Virus record (IMG/VR): IMGVR_UViG_3300049167_000064 | Span: 1 to 63,696 of that record | DNA: 63,696 bases | Direction: 5' to 3' (one strand) | Source of the DNA: a virus | Lineage: Duplodnaviria; Caudoviricetes | Shown here: positions 17,732 through 28,529 of the stretch, in pieces | Layout of the letters: every line of letters begins with the position of its first letter | How positions within the stretch are numbered: the stretch's first letter is position 1 | Notes under the pieces: model-generated | Databases searched by the model: none | The model's input: the letters and a program-made list of their open reading frames with translations, nothing else | What the model was told of the DNA's origin: nothing | Program-made: the position numbers and the translations under genes

Positions 17732-20700
17732 TGGCGGATCTGGACATTGTCGGTACCGCAGCCGTTGATGTGGTGCCCGTCGCGCCGAACTTCCACCAAA
17801 AGCTGTCGGCAATCGTTCTGCCGTCGGCCGATCGCGTCGGAACTGACGCCGGTCGACGGCTGGGCGACGCCATCGCAGACGCGATGATGCGCACGGTCGC
17901 GCCAGCCCTGCCGAACGCGATTAACGCAGGCGGACAGGCGGCACAGCGTGCGGGAGCTCGTCAGGGCTCCGACACGGGTGGCGCCTTCGCGCGCTCCCTG
18001 CGGACGAAGCTCGAAGCTGCCTTCAAGGCGATGCCGAAGCTGGACGTCCGGCTCTCCGATACGGGCGTAGACGCGCAACTGGCGCGCCTTCGTGCCCGTA
18101 TGGAGACGCTCTCCGGGAAGCGCATCGGAATTGACGTCGACGTGGCATCCGCGGAAGCGGAGGTCAAGCGGATCGACGCAGAGCTCCAGCGTCTCGGAGC
18201 CTCGCACCCGAACATCGCAGTTCGCGCCGACACAGCGACGGCACGCGCGGCACTCGCGGAACTCCGCGCGGAGATTGCGGCCGTCGACGCGAAGGACATC
18301 AATCTTGACGTAGACATCGACACCTCCGGCGCCCGGTCCGCGCTGCTCAGTCTCGGCATTCAGATGGCCGTCCTGACGGCGATTCCGATGGGTCCGGTCC
18401 TGGCTGCCGGACTGGGCGCCTTCGTAGCCATGGTCACGACTGCCGGCGCTGGCGTCGGTGCATTCGCCCTGGCTGCAGTCCCTGCCATCAAGGGCGTGGG
18501 GGAGGCGCTGAAGGCTCAGACGGCTGCACAGGACGACGCAGCGAACGCCGCTCAGCGTGGCGCAGCTGCCTCCACGACCGCAGCTCAGCGCGCGCTACAG
18601 ATGGCCGGCGCTCAGCAGTCGCTAGCGTCCGCTCACCGCAACGCCGCGCGCACCATCGCGCAGGCGAACAAGGCCGTGGAGGACGCGGAACGAGCCGTCG
18701 CTCAAGCGATGATGCGAGCCGCAGACCAGCGGCGCCAGGCTGCGGAGGCAGTGGAACGCGCAGAGCGCTCCCTCGTCGACGCGAAGCGTGCCGCACAGCG
18801 GGCGGAGCAAGATCTCACCGACGCTCGAGCGGACGCCGCACAGCAGCTCCGGGACCTGAACGCCCAGCTGGAGGAAGGCGCCCTAGACCAGCGGGACGCA
18901 GCTCTCCGGGTCCAGGAGGCGCAGCTCGAGCTTCAGCGCATCATGTCCGACCCGACGTCGACGGAACTGCAGCGCCAGCGCGCGCAACTGGCAGCCGACG
19001 AGGCGGAGCTCCACGCGAAGCAGCAGAAGCAGGACTACGCCGACCTTCAGAAGGAAGCGGCGAAGCAGCAGAAGGCCGGCGTGGATGGAAACGAGGCTGT
19101 GAAGGATGCAGCCGAACGGCTTTCTGACGCGCAGCGCAAGGTAGCTGACGAGGCCGAAGCCGTGGCCGACGCGCAGGCGGCATCTGCTCGTGCACAGGTC
19201 CAAGCGGCACAGGACGTTGCAGACGCCCAGCGTCGCGTAGCTGACGCAGCCGAGAACGCCGCAGCCGCGCAGGTGTCCGCCGCGGAGTCCGTGGCAGCCG
19301 CTGAGCGCGGAGTTGAATCCGCGCGACTGTCGGGCATGTCCGCGACGTCGCAGGCGATTACGAAGCAACAGGAGTACGAGCGGGCGCTAGCCAAGCTAAC
19401 TCCAGCTCAGCGTGACCTCTTCGACTCCATCGCCGGACCGAAGGGCATCAAGAAAGCCTTCGACGAGTGGCAGAAGAGTCTTCAGCCGCACGTCCTGCCG
19501 ATATTCACGCGGGGTGTCGACGGCGCGAAGGCGTCGCTCCCCGGACTGACGCCGCTCGTGACCGGCGCAGCTGCCGGAATCCAGACGCTGATGGACAAGG
19601 CGTCAGCCCAGCTTAAGACGCCGTTCTGGCAGGGCTTCAAAAAGGATCTGGCGGATAACGTTCAGCCGGCCGTGGAGGGCTTCGGCATCGCGTTCGGCAA
19701 CGTCATCAAGGGCATCGCGGGAATCATCAGTGCGTTTCTCCCACACATGGACGGTATTGGCCGAAAGTCCGACTCCATCACGGCCAAGTTCGCGAAGTGG
19801 GGGACGAGTCTGAAGGGCTCACCCGACTTTGAGAAGTTCCTCCAGTACGTGAAGGAGACGACCCCGGGACTGGGCGAGTTCCTGAAGACCGTGCTTCGGA
19901 CGCTGCTCGACGTCGCTAAGGCACTGGGACCTGCGTCAGAGGGCATGATGAAGATCGTCGGCCCTCTCTTCGAGGCTATTTCGTGGCTCGCCGTAAACAT
20001 GCCAGGTCTGATCCTCGTCCTGTGGGGTCTGTGGGCCGCCCAGAAGGCGATCACGATTGGTATGGCGGCATTCGCAGCGGCCATGTTCCTCTATCAGTCG
20101 GTCATGATCATCGCGACGATCGCGACGGCGGGATGGGCAGTTGCCCTGAACGCGACGGGAATCGTCCCGATCATCCGGGCGATTGTGCTCGTGCTCGCGC
20201 TGCTCGTCGGGGCGATCATTTACGCGTACAACCACAGCGAGACGTTCCGGGCCATTGTCGACGGATCGTGGAATTCCATCAAGGACATCGTTAGCTTCGT
20301 CTGGAACGACGTCCTGAAGCCTGCCTTCGACGGCATTTGGTGGGCGATGAAGAAGGTTGGCGACGTCGCCGTCTGGTTGTGGGAAAACGCCATTAAGCCG
20401 GCCTTCGACTTCATCAAACAGGCCGCTCAGATCCTGATTACCGTCCTCGTGACGGCCGTCCTCCTGCCGATCTACCTGGCGTTTCAGGCGTTGGGTGCCA
20501 TCGCAATGTGGCTGTGGGAGGAGGCGATCTCTCCCGCGTTCAACTGGATCGCGGACAAGGCGTCGTGGCTCTGGGAAAACGTCATGAAGCCAGTGTTCAC
20601 GTGGATCGGTGACAAAGCCACGTGGCTGTACGACAAGGCGATCAAGCCCGCGATGGACAACGCCGTTAAGGCGTTCAACGAGCTCAGCGACGCCGGTGAA

Positions 20701-22425
20701 TGGCTCTGGGACGAAGTAATATCGCCTGTCTTCAACTGGATTGGAGACAAGGCAGGATGGCTCTACGACAAGGCGATTAAGCCGGCCTTCGACAACATCA
20801 AGTCGGCTGTCGACCTCGTCTCGAAGTCCTTCGAGACCGGTAAGGACAACATCGGTAAGGCGTGGGACAAGGTCCGCGATATCGCGAAGAAGCCCGTGAA
20901 GTTCATCATCGACAAGATCTACAACGGCGGAATCGTGCCGTTGTGGAACAAGGTCGCTGGGATCACGGGCGCCGGAAAGCTGGACAAGGTCGATTCGAAG
21001 AAGCTCGACCAGTTCCACACTGGCGGCATCATGTCCGGGTACTCACCCGGTCGCGACGATCGCGTCATTGCGGTGGGTGGTGGCGAAGCCATCATGCGGC
21101 CGGAGTGGACGAGGGCAGTCGGCGCCGACACCATCAATTCGTGGAACGCTGCAGCCCGCTCCGGCGGAATCAGTGGCGTCCGCAAGGCGATCCAGGCAGG
21201 AATGCCGGCATACGCTGACGGTGGCGTAGTCGGGTGGCTGAAGCAAAAGGCCGGCGACGTTGGTGACTTCATGTCCGGAACCCTGGACTGGCTGGACCCG
21301 ACGGAGCTCTTCAGCAAGGCGACGACCTTCATCAAGAACCAGATGAAGCCGATCACGACCAACCCATTCGCGCGGGAAATCGCGTCGATGCCGGTCGACA
21401 TGCTGAAGGCGCTGAAGGACCGGGCAATCGACTTCTTCGGATTCGGAGGGGGCGACGGAGCCGGATCCTGGGTCAAGCCCGTTAACGCCGCCTACGGAAC
21501 GCCCTTCGGTAAGAAGGGCTCGATGTGGAGCTCCGGCCGACACACCGGTCTGGACTTCCCTGCGACTGTCGGCACCATCATTAAGGCGGTCGACAAGGGC
21601 CGCGTCAGTATGGCGCGCGGCGGGGGACCATATGGTAACCACGTCCAGATCAGCCACGGTGGCGGTCTCTCGTCCCTCTACGCCCACATGTCCTCCATCG
21701 GCACTGCCGCGGGAAAGAACGTGGGACGAGGACAGACGATCGGCCGAGTCGGTGCGACGGGCAACGTCACCGGTCCCCACCTCCACCTGGAGGCGCGGAA
21801 GAACGGTAAGCCGGTTGACCCGATGCCGTACCTGACGGGAGGCGGCTTCAGTGACACGGCCGTCGGCGCAGCGCAGGCATACGCGAAGAACATCCTTTCT
21901 CAGTACGGATGGGGCCCGGAACAGTTCGGACCGCTGAAGAAGCTGTGGGAGGGCGAATCCAACTGGCGTTGGAACGCGAAGAACCCTTCGAGCGGCGCCT
22001 ACGGCATCCCGCAGGCACTCCCCGCGTCGAAGATGGCCTCTGCCGGCTCCGACTGGCGGACTAATCCGATGACGCAGATCAAGTGGGGCCTGAAGTACAT
22101 CAAGAGCCGCCCCGACTACGGCAGCCCTGCGGCGGCGTACTCGAAGTGGCTGAGCCGCTCGCCTCACTGGTACGAGGACGGCGGGATGCTGCCAACGGGC
22201 ATGGGCGTCTTTGCCAACGGAACCGGAAAGCCGGAGCGGGTCTTCAACGAATCCCAGTGGGACATCCTGCGCGGCAATATCAACCGGCCCTCTGGCCCGA
22301 CAGAGATCCACGCTGACGTTCACGTCTACGTGGGAGACCGCGAAATCACGGACATTGTCGACACCCGCATTGAGTTGCGGGAGGAGTCGACGGCGTCAGA
22401 CATCGACAACGGAAGGTGGATCTAA
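17731..22425 (+). CDS. Tape measure protein with M23 peptidase and lytic transglycosylase domains
   Basis: ~1565 aa Ala-rich coiled coil, Trp repeats, HTGLDF/HLHLE (M23), ESNW...GAYGIPQALP (SLT). Confidence 0.95.
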   Translation: MADLDIVGTAAVDVVPVAPNFHQKLSAIVLPSADRVGTDAGRRLGDAIADAMMRTVAPALPNAINAGGQAAQRAGARQGSDTGGAFARSLRTKLEAAFKAMPKLDVRLSDTGVDAQLARLRARMETLSGKRIGIDVDVASAEAEVKRIDAELQRLGASHPNIAVRADTATARAALAELRAEIAAVDAKDINLDVDIDTSGARSALLSLGIQMAVLTAIPMGPVLAAGLGAFVAMVTTAGAGVGAFALAAVPAIKGVGEALKAQTAAQDDAANAAQRGAAASTTAAQRALQMAGAQQSLASAHRNAARTIAQANKAVEDAERAVAQAMMRAADQRRQAAEAVERAERSLVDAKRAAQRAEQDLTDARADAAQQLRDLNAQLEEGALDQRDAALRVQEAQLELQRIMSDPTSTELQRQRAQLAADEAELHAKQQKQDYADLQKEAAKQQKAGVDGNEAVKDAAERLSDAQRKVADEAEAVADAQAASARAQVQAAQDVADAQRRVADAAENAAAAQVSAAESVAAAERGVESARLSGMSATSQAITKQQEYERALAKLTPAQRDLFDSIAGPKGIKKAFDEWQKSLQPHVLPIFTRGVDGAKASLPGLTPLVTGAAAGIQTLMDKASAQLKTPFWQGFKKDLADNVQPAVEGFGIAFGNVIKGIAGIISAFLPHMDGIGRKSDSITAKFAKWGTSLKGSPDFEKFLQYVKETTPGLGEFLKTVLRTLLDVAKALGPASEGMMKIVGPLFEAISWLAVNMPGLILVLWGLWAAQKAITIGMAAFAAAMFLYQSVMIIATIATAGWAVALNATGIVPIIRAIVLVLALLVGAIIYAYNHSETFRAIVDGSWNSIKDIVSFVWNDVLKPAFDGIWWAMKKVGDVAVWLWENAIKPAFDFIKQAAQILITVLVTAVLLPIYLAFQALGAIAMWLWEEAISPAFNWIADKASWLWENVMKPVFTWIGDKATWLYDKAIKPAMDNAVKAFNELSDAGEWLWDEVISPVFNWIGDKAGWLYDKAIKPAFDNIKSAVDLVSKSFETGKDNIGKAWDKVRDIAKKPVKFIIDKIYNGGIVPLWNKVAGITGAGKLDKVDSKKLDQFHTGGIMSGYSPGRDDRVIAVGGGEAIMRPEWTRAVGADTINSWNAAARSGGISGVRKAIQAGMPAYADGGVVGWLKQKAGDVGDFMSGTLDWLDPTELFSKATTFIKNQMKPITTNPFAREIASMPVDMLKALKDRAIDFFGFGGGDGAGSWVKPVNAAYGTPFGKKGSMWSSGRHTGLDFPATVGTIIKAVDKGRVSMARGGGPYGNHVQISHGGGLSSLYAHMSSIGTAAGKNVGRGQTIGRVGATGNVTGPHLHLEARKNGKPVDPMPYLTGGGFSDTAVGAAQAYAKNILSQYGWGPEQFGPLKKLWEGESNWRWNAKNPSSGAYGIPQALPASKMASAGSDWRTNPMTQIKWGLKYIKSRPDYGSPAAAYSKWLSRSPHWYEDGGMLPTGMGVFANGTGKPERVFNESQWDILRGNINRPSGPTEIHADVHVYVGDREITDIVDTRIELREESTASDIDNGRWI

Positions 22426-22607
22426 TGCCCGAGGAAATCCCCCCGGTCTACGAGTTCGAGCCGGAGCCGGCCGACCCCAACGACGCCAACCGGCCGGAGC
22501 CACCCGCGGACCCAAACGCGCCCGCGGGCACCACTCCGGGTGAGCCCACTGAGCCCGCTCCTCCCGGTGAGCCCGTGGAGCCGGACAACACGGAGGGCTC
22601 TGAGTAG
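22425..22607 (+). CDS. Small Pro/Glu-rich protein
   Basis: Overlapping stop/start with both neighbours. Confidence 0.6.
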   Translation: MPEEIPPVYEFEPEPADPNDANRPEPPADPNAPAGTTPGEPTEPAPPGEPVEPDNTEGSE

Positions 22608-24823
22608 TGGCCATCGCCGGAAACCTCCTGTCAGCCAACGCGGAGAGCATTGAGACAGATGCCTCCGCGTGGGCTGCGGTGCTCAACGCAACGGGGCTGG
22701 CCAGGGGATCCGGCGGCACCCTGGGGAGCTTCTGCCTCGTCTTCAAGCCGACGGCGGTAGGTGACTGCCAGGTGGGTCTAGCGGCTCGCGTGGCAGTCAC
22801 CCCGGGGTCCACGTATCTCGCCTACGCCAGCGTATGGGCCGCCGTGGCTGGAGGCGTCAGCCGCGTAGAACTCAAGTGGTACACGTCCGGTGGGGCGCTG
22901 ATCTCCACGACGTCGGGTACGCAGGTGTCTCCTGCGGCTCCCTCGTGGAATCAGAACGCTGTCATTGGCGTGGCGCCCGCAACAGCCGCGACGGTCAACG
23001 TCATCATCCGAGTGACTGGAACTGTCGCCGGACAATCCTGGTTCGCGGACCGCGTCTATCTGGGTCCGGTCCCGGACGTGGCGGACGGAAACCTCTTCGA
23101 CTGGCCCACACAGGACATGGAGGTTGACGCGACGTCGTGGAGTGCAGTGGCTAACAGCACGCTGTCCCTGTCGACGACCTCCGCCTACTTCTACCAGTCG
23201 ATGCGTATGGCCTCCGTAGCCGCTGGAGCTGCCAGCATGCGGACGGCGGCTGCGGCACCTGTGACAGCCGCAACGGAGTACATGGCCTACGCCTACGTGC
23301 TCCCCGGAACCGCAGGGCTGACGACGACGATACAGATTCAGTGGCTGGACTCCCTGAACGCTGTGATCAGTACGTCGTCCCACAACTGGACGCCGCCCAC
23401 TGGAGCGTGGACGCGGGTAGTCGTCATCGACACAGCGCCCGCAGGTGCGGTGTCGGCTCGAGTGACGCTCGTCGGCGTCGCCACAGGTGCCGGCCAGACG
23501 TGGACCGTTGACCGGGTGGTTCTCACGCCGACAAGCGGTTTCATGGGCCCCGGGAACATGTTCCCGTACAACACCTCCGGGATGGAGCAAGACACCTCCG
23601 GGTGGACGGTGGCTGGAGGATCCGCGACGCAGACCACTGAACAGACGTGGTCGGGCGTCTACGCGATGAAGTTGGTCGCTACCGGCGGCACCCCCATGAC
23701 GGCCACGGCGGAGATCCCGCTAAACCGCATCGTGCCCGACCGCGGACATCAGTTCGTGACGTTCATCCGACGTGGAGCCGGGGCCGCTGACGGCTCTCTG
23801 TACGAGACGCGTATCAGCTGGGTCGACGGCGACGGCGTGGTGACGCGGACAAGGTGGCAGACCTGGAACTCCGGGAACGCCGTCGGCTGGCAGATCGGCA
23901 CCATGGCGGACATTGCTCCCCTGGACGCCGTGTCTGCGACGGTTGAGATCACCGTCAAGAACCCTACGGCCGGTGAAGTTTGGTACACCGACCATCTGTT
24001 CTTCGGGCTAGGCGGACTCACTGTCCAGGCTGCGGAGGCGCCTGGAGGCGGAGCGGCTCTGACCGTTCGTGGCCTTACGACTGTGGTTCCTACCTGGACG
24101 TGGGAGCTTCACCGCCTCCTCCCGGGTAAGGCGCCGCAGCCGGTAAGAGGCTGGGACGGGGACCTCGTTGATCAACCCATCATCGGGGACGCGGCTGTCA
24201 TCACTGACTACGAGGCGCCGCTAGGGATCCCCGTGGCGTGGCGGGTCACTCTGAACGACGACGACTCTCCCTCCTCCTTCTCCTACACCTGCGACCCACT
24301 CACACTGCCCGCGGAGGAGTTGGACGTCTGGCTCAAGGATCCCGGCGTGCCAGCCAGGTCTGTACGGGCTACCGTCGGCACTCCTCTTCCGACGTGGACG
24401 CGCCCTGTGCGCCGTGGCATCAATCAGGTGCACGGCCGCGCACGTCCCGTGGTCATCAACGACGTTCGGGGATCCCGCTCCGGGGATCTCGTCCTCGTCA
24501 CAGAGACGAAGGACGAGAGGGATGCACTGTGGTGGGTGCTCGACTCCGGTGGCCCGTTGCTCCTGCAGTGGCCTCCCGGGTGGGGACAAGAGGACATGTA
24601 CGTCTCCGTAGGCGATGTCCCGGAGGCGCCCATCACCGATCTGGCGGAGCACATGGACCGCACATGGTCGCTCCCACTCACGGAGGTTGACCGCCCGATC
24701 GGCGGCATCGCCGGCAGCGCGGATCGCACCTGGCAGACCGTGAAGGACTCCGGCGACACCTGGACAGACGCGCTCTCCGGTGCGCTTTCGTGGCTGGGCG
24801 TCTACACAGGAACGGGGATCTAG
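22607..24823 (+). CDS. Minor tail protein with three CBM-like repeats plus Dit-like C-terminus
   Basis: Three GNx repeats with APA.A..A.V motif; ITDYEAPLG; follows tape measure gene. Confidence 0.75.
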   Translation: MAIAGNLLSANAESIETDASAWAAVLNATGLARGSGGTLGSFCLVFKPTAVGDCQVGLAARVAVTPGSTYLAYASVWAAVAGGVSRVELKWYTSGGALISTTSGTQVSPAAPSWNQNAVIGVAPATAATVNVIIRVTGTVAGQSWFADRVYLGPVPDVADGNLFDWPTQDMEVDATSWSAVANSTLSLSTTSAYFYQSMRMASVAAGAASMRTAAAAPVTAATEYMAYAYVLPGTAGLTTTIQIQWLDSLNAVISTSSHNWTPPTGAWTRVVVIDTAPAGAVSARVTLVGVATGAGQTWTVDRVVLTPTSGFMGPGNMFPYNTSGMEQDTSGWTVAGGSATQTTEQTWSGVYAMKLVATGGTPMTATAEIPLNRIVPDRGHQFVTFIRRGAGAADGSLYETRISWVDGDGVVTRTRWQTWNSGNAVGWQIGTMADIAPLDAVSATVEITVKNPTAGEVWYTDHLFFGLGGLTVQAAEAPGGGAALTVRGLTTVVPTWTWELHRLLPGKAPQPVRGWDGDLVDQPIIGDAAVITDYEAPLGIPVAWRVTLNDDDSPSSFSYTCDPLTLPAEELDVWLKDPGVPARSVRATVGTPLPTWTRPVRRGINQVHGRARPVVINDVRGSRSGDLVLVTETKDERDALWWVLDSGGPLLLQWPPGWGQEDMYVSVGDVPEAPITDLAEHMDRTWSLPLTEVDRPIGGIAGSADRTWQTVKDSGDTWTDALSGALSWLGVYTGTGI

Positions 24824-24825
24824 AA

Positions 24826-25935
24826 GTGCACACCATCTCCGCCAAGTTCCGCGCGGCACTAGCGACGTCCCATCAGATGGTGGCTCGAGTCGACGCCTAC
24901 TACGACGGCGAACTGACGGTGTCCGGCCTCCCCTTCGCGGACGGGTCGGTCACCGTCGACCGGGGGAGTAAGGCGAGGCGGACGCTCTCCCTGTCCATCT
25001 CCGATCCGAAGTACCTCCCTTGGAGTGCGACGGACCCCCTGGCCGTCTACGGACAGGAGCTCGTTGCGTACCGCGGGATCCGCTTCTCCGACGGATCGGA
25101 AGAGCTCGTCCCGCTGGGCACGTTCCGCGTGAACGAACCGAGCGGAGACGTTCACTTCGGCCCAGTGGCCGTCACGGGGACGACGATGGAATCCGCCATC
25201 ATCGACGACCGATTCCAGGTACCGACGAGCACGCGCGGTCTGGGCGGATGCTTCAGCACGATCGAAGCACTCATCCGCCAAACGCTCCCGGACGCGGTGA
25301 TCGTCAACCTGACGGCCGGAACGCGGAACCCACCGTGCGCCGTTGCGGACTGGAACGCCAACTCCGACCGTTGGGACGCCGTTGTTCAGGTGGCAACGGC
25401 GATGCACGCGGAGATCTACGTCGACGCGACGAACCGTTTCGTAGTTGTCGACCGACCGGACGTGTTGTCCGGAAACGTTGTGTGGGACATCGCGGAGGGC
25501 GAAGGCGGAACGCTCATATCCTCCGCACGCCGCATGTCGAGAACGGCGGTATTCAACGCCGTTGTGGCGACGGGTGAAAATACCTCCTCCGGAACGGCAC
25601 CGGTAAGCGCCGTCGCGAAGGACACAAACCCGCTGAGCCCGACGAGGTGGGGCGGCCCGTTCGGCAAGGTGACGAAATCTATTTCGTCATCTCTCTGGAC
25701 GACTACAGGCGCCTGTCAATCCGCCGCGGACTACGCGCTTTTCGACGCCATCGCGCCGAACATTCAGACGTCGATCGACTCCCTCCCTAACCCTGCGCTG
25801 GAGGCCGGCGACATTGTCCGGCTCTCCCACGCTGGGAAGAAGGAGCTCTTTTTGACACAGTCCCTGACGATCCCGCTCACCGCTGACGGGGACTTCGGAA
25901 TCACCCTGCGAGGCGGAAAGGAGGAGGACGCATGA
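24826..25935 (+). CDS. Minor tail / baseplate hub protein (DUF5047-like)
   Basis: GSVTVDR...RRTLSL, FNAVVATGE, GPFGKV, PNPALEAGD. Confidence 0.8.
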   Translation: MHTISAKFRAALATSHQMVARVDAYYDGELTVSGLPFADGSVTVDRGSKARRTLSLSISDPKYLPWSATDPLAVYGQELVAYRGIRFSDGSEELVPLGTFRVNEPSGDVHFGPVAVTGTTMESAIIDDRFQVPTSTRGLGGCFSTIEALIRQTLPDAVIVNLTAGTRNPPCAVADWNANSDRWDAVVQVATAMHAEIYVDATNRFVVVDRPDVLSGNVVWDIAEGEGGTLISSARRMSRTAVFNAVVATGENTSSGTAPVSAVAKDTNPLSPTRWGGPFGKVTKSISSSLWTTTGACQSAADYALFDAIAPNIQTSIDSLPNPALEAGDIVRLSHAGKKELFLTQSLTIPLTADGDFGITLRGGKEEDA

Positions 25936-26531
25936 CAGCACCACGCACCCGCGTTGCGGACGCTGTCCAGCGAGCCGCAGAACGAGCCGTCGAGCAGCGT
26001 GCGTCCTCCTGGAGTCTGGCCACGGTGTCGGAGGTCCACACGGACGGCACGTGCACCGTAACGACCCCGCTAGGGCCCATCGTGGGCGTCCGACGACTGA
26101 CAAGCTACCGCGCACCGAAGGTGAGCGACGTTGTCAAGGTGGCGTCGTCGGCCGTCGGGAACTGGGTCATCGTCGGCTCTCTGGCGACGTCCAATCCCGC
26201 ATGGCAGCCCCTGACGCTATCGGGGGGCTGGGCTGCCCATGCCTCCTTCTACACCCCTGCAGCCCGGATCAACGGCGACGGGACGGCATCGCTTTGCGGG
26301 CTTGCCCAGCTATCCGGATCCCTTGCGGCGGGAACAGTCGCTACATTGCCCGCGAATACCTGGCCGGCGAAACAGGTTCGCTTTCCGGTACAGGTGGCTG
26401 CCGGATATTTCGGCGTCATGACTCTACTGACGAATGGCGAAATTCAGCTAGGCGACTTCAGCGCCACCCTGCCGGCGACAGGGAACAAGTGGGCGGAGTT
26501 CGACGTCGTTTCGTCCTACCGCCTCGTCTGA
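25932..26531 (+). CDS. Minor tail protein
   Basis: Synteny; ATLP..WP beta-rich C-terminus. Confidence 0.75.
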   Translation: MTAPRTRVADAVQRAAERAVEQRASSWSLATVSEVHTDGTCTVTTPLGPIVGVRRLTSYRAPKVSDVVKVASSAVGNWVIVGSLATSNPAWQPLTLSGGWAAHASFYTPAARINGDGTASLCGLAQLSGSLAAGTVATLPANTWPAKQVRFPVQVAAGYFGVMTLLTNGEIQLGDFSATLPATGNKWAEFDVVSSYRLV

Positions 26532-26577
26532 ACCCTGACAGAACACAACTCGCCCTGGACGGGTGGGAGGAGAACGC

Positions 26578-27171
26578 ATGCCCGGAACCGACGGACTTCA
26601 GCAGAACGTCCCATACCCACTACTGAGCGACGCGCCAAACATCGAAAAGGCCATGTTCGACATGGTAAACGCGCTCGTTCCGCTGACGAACCTGCGTTTC
26701 GCGAACGCCAACGAGCGCGCTGCAGTCATGCCGAACCCCGTTGCGGGGACGGAGACCTTCCTCGTCGCGGAGGCGCGGAAGGAAGTCTTCGACGGGGAGT
26801 CGTGGGTACCGATGACTCCTGGGCCCTGGATCCCGTTGCCGTTCATCACGGGGTACAACGCGCACTCCGGGAGCCCCGGTTACCGTGTCTTCGGTGACAA
26901 CGTTCAGCTGCGGGGGATCTTCAAGCGCACCACCGGCGCTGAGATGAACAACGCCGTAGACGGATGGATCGACTTCGCCCAGCTCCCCACAGCCGTCCGG
27001 CCGGCAACGACGAAGGACGTGACGATTGCCGTGGAGTGGCGCAGCCACAACCAAAGCGCGCGCCTGTCCGTCGGTGCGACGGGAATCCTCCGCATCGGCA
27101 TCGTGGAGAACCTGACGGACTTCCCACGCTGGGCGTCCCTGGACGGCGTTCAGTTCGCTATCGGCTCCTGA
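26578..27171 (+). CDS. Minor tail protein
   Basis: FAN..ER...P.PVAG, VQLRG, AQLP..VRP. Confidence 0.75.
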   Translation: MPGTDGLQQNVPYPLLSDAPNIEKAMFDMVNALVPLTNLRFANANERAAVMPNPVAGTETFLVAEARKEVFDGESWVPMTPGPWIPLPFITGYNAHSGSPGYRVFGDNVQLRGIFKRTTGAEMNNAVDGWIDFAQLPTAVRPATTKDVTIAVEWRSHNQSARLSVGATGILRIGIVENLTDFPRWASLDGVQFAIGS

Positions 27172-27192
27172 TCCGTCCCGCAAGTCATTCAC

Positions 27193-27215
27193 GCCCCGCA
27201 ACGTCGGGGCTTTTT
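27193..27215 (+). terminator. Rho-independent terminator
   Basis: GCCCCG-loop-CGGGGC followed by TTTTT. Confidence 0.7.
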
Positions 27216-27238
27216 CTATGCCCTGGAGGGGATCACCT

Positions 27239-28147
27239 ATGGGTGAAGTCTGGATCGAAGAGGCGGAGCGGCTGGGGACGGGGAGGATCGGCGGAGCGAT
27301 GGACTCCCCGTCGGCGCCCGGTCGCGTCGTCTGGCACACCACGGAGAGCGGTCACGGAAACACGAGCTTCCGCAACGTCGGTCAGTACCTGATCAGCATC
27401 GGCGCGGAGCCGCACATCCTGTACGACCCCACGACGGACCGCCTGGCGCAGTACGGGCCGCTGAACCAGTCCGCTCGAGCACTGCGCAACGACGGAGCGA
27501 CGAGGACGAACCGCACGGGCCGCGTCTGCATTCAGATCGAAGTCCTGGCGAAGGCGGCACGCCCCTTCACCGGCTACTGGAAGCCAGGCCCGAACTTCAA
27601 GGCACTCATGCGCGCCATCCGCTCGTGGGGCGTCCCCGACGTCTGGCCGGCCGGAGCGCTTGCGTCGTCCTACAACGACGGATCGTCCCGCAACCGCACC
27701 ACGTGGGCGACGAGGGGCGGACACTACGGACACTGCAACGTCCCAGGGAACGACCACTGGGACCCGGGCGCCATCGACCGCGTGAAGCTCTTCAAGGCGG
27801 CTCCAGCGACATCGACTCCCGCACCGTCGAAGCCAGCGAAGCCAGCCACGTCGAAGCCGACGGTCGACCTTTCAAACGTGATCGCGGCGGCTCGTCGTGA
27901 CCCGGGCCTGAAGCAGGGCGGGACGACGCACCCCGCGGACGTCCGTATCGTCGAAGCGGCCCTGAAGGCGGAGGGGCTCCTCCCTGCCCGCTATGCCGCT
28001 GACGGCTCCTTCGGGACGCTGACGAAGACTGCCTACGCCGCATGGCAGCGCAGGTGCGGCTACTCCGGCGCCGGCGCGGATGGCATCCCCGGTAAGGCGT
28101 CGCTGGAGAAGCTGGGCGCGAAGCGCGGTTTCAAGGTCAAGGCGTGA
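27239..28147 (+). CDS. Endolysin (amidase plus peptidoglycan-binding domain)
   Basis: VVWHTTE, CIQIE, GH..VP.NDHWDPG, DGSFG..T / ADGIPG. Confidence 0.9.
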   Translation: MGEVWIEEAERLGTGRIGGAMDSPSAPGRVVWHTTESGHGNTSFRNVGQYLISIGAEPHILYDPTTDRLAQYGPLNQSARALRNDGATRTNRTGRVCIQIEVLAKAARPFTGYWKPGPNFKALMRAIRSWGVPDVWPAGALASSYNDGSSRNRTTWATRGGHYGHCNVPGNDHWDPGAIDRVKLFKAAPATSTPAPSKPAKPATSKPTVDLSNVIAAARRDPGLKQGGTTHPADVRIVEAALKAEGLLPARYAADGSFGTLTKTAYAAWQRRCGYSGAGADGIPGKASLEKLGAKRGFKVKA

Positions 28148-28151
28148 TGAC

Positions 28152-28463
28152 GTGGCAGAACTCATCATCGCCATCGTCGGCGCACTGGGCGTTATCGGCG
28201 CAGCTGCTGTGACTGCCCTCCTCCCCCTCCTCCTGCGTCGCACCCGTGGCGCGGTGGAGGCGGACGGGGCAGCCACCCGCGACGCTGTTACGGAAGCCGT
28301 ATCGGCTCTCGGCTCTCGCCTGGACTCCCGCATCGACGACGTCCGCGACGACCTGGACGAGGTCCGGGAGTCCGTTGCACGCGTCCGCGAATGGCAGGCA
28401 GGGCACGACGCGGAGCATCTCCTCATAGGCCAGCCGCGTCCACGTGGCGACTCCACCGGCTGA
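28152..28463 (+). CDS. Membrane protein of lysis region
   Basis: N-terminal TM helix plus coiled coil. Confidence 0.7.
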   Translation: MAELIIAIVGALGVIGAAAVTALLPLLLRRTRGAVEADGAATRDAVTEAVSALGSRLDSRIDDVRDDLDEVRESVARVREWQAGHDAEHLLIGQPRPRGDSTG

Positions 28464-28508
28464 AGTCCCGCGTCACATTTCGGCGCCAGCACCCCATAAC
28501 AAAGGCGT
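28463..28508 (+). promoter_or_regulatory. Class B phage promoter motif
   Basis: AAGTCCCGCGTCACA-N10-AGCACCCCATAACAAAGGCGT. Confidence 0.75.
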
Positions 28509-28529
28509 CGGACGACGAAGGGGAGAGCA

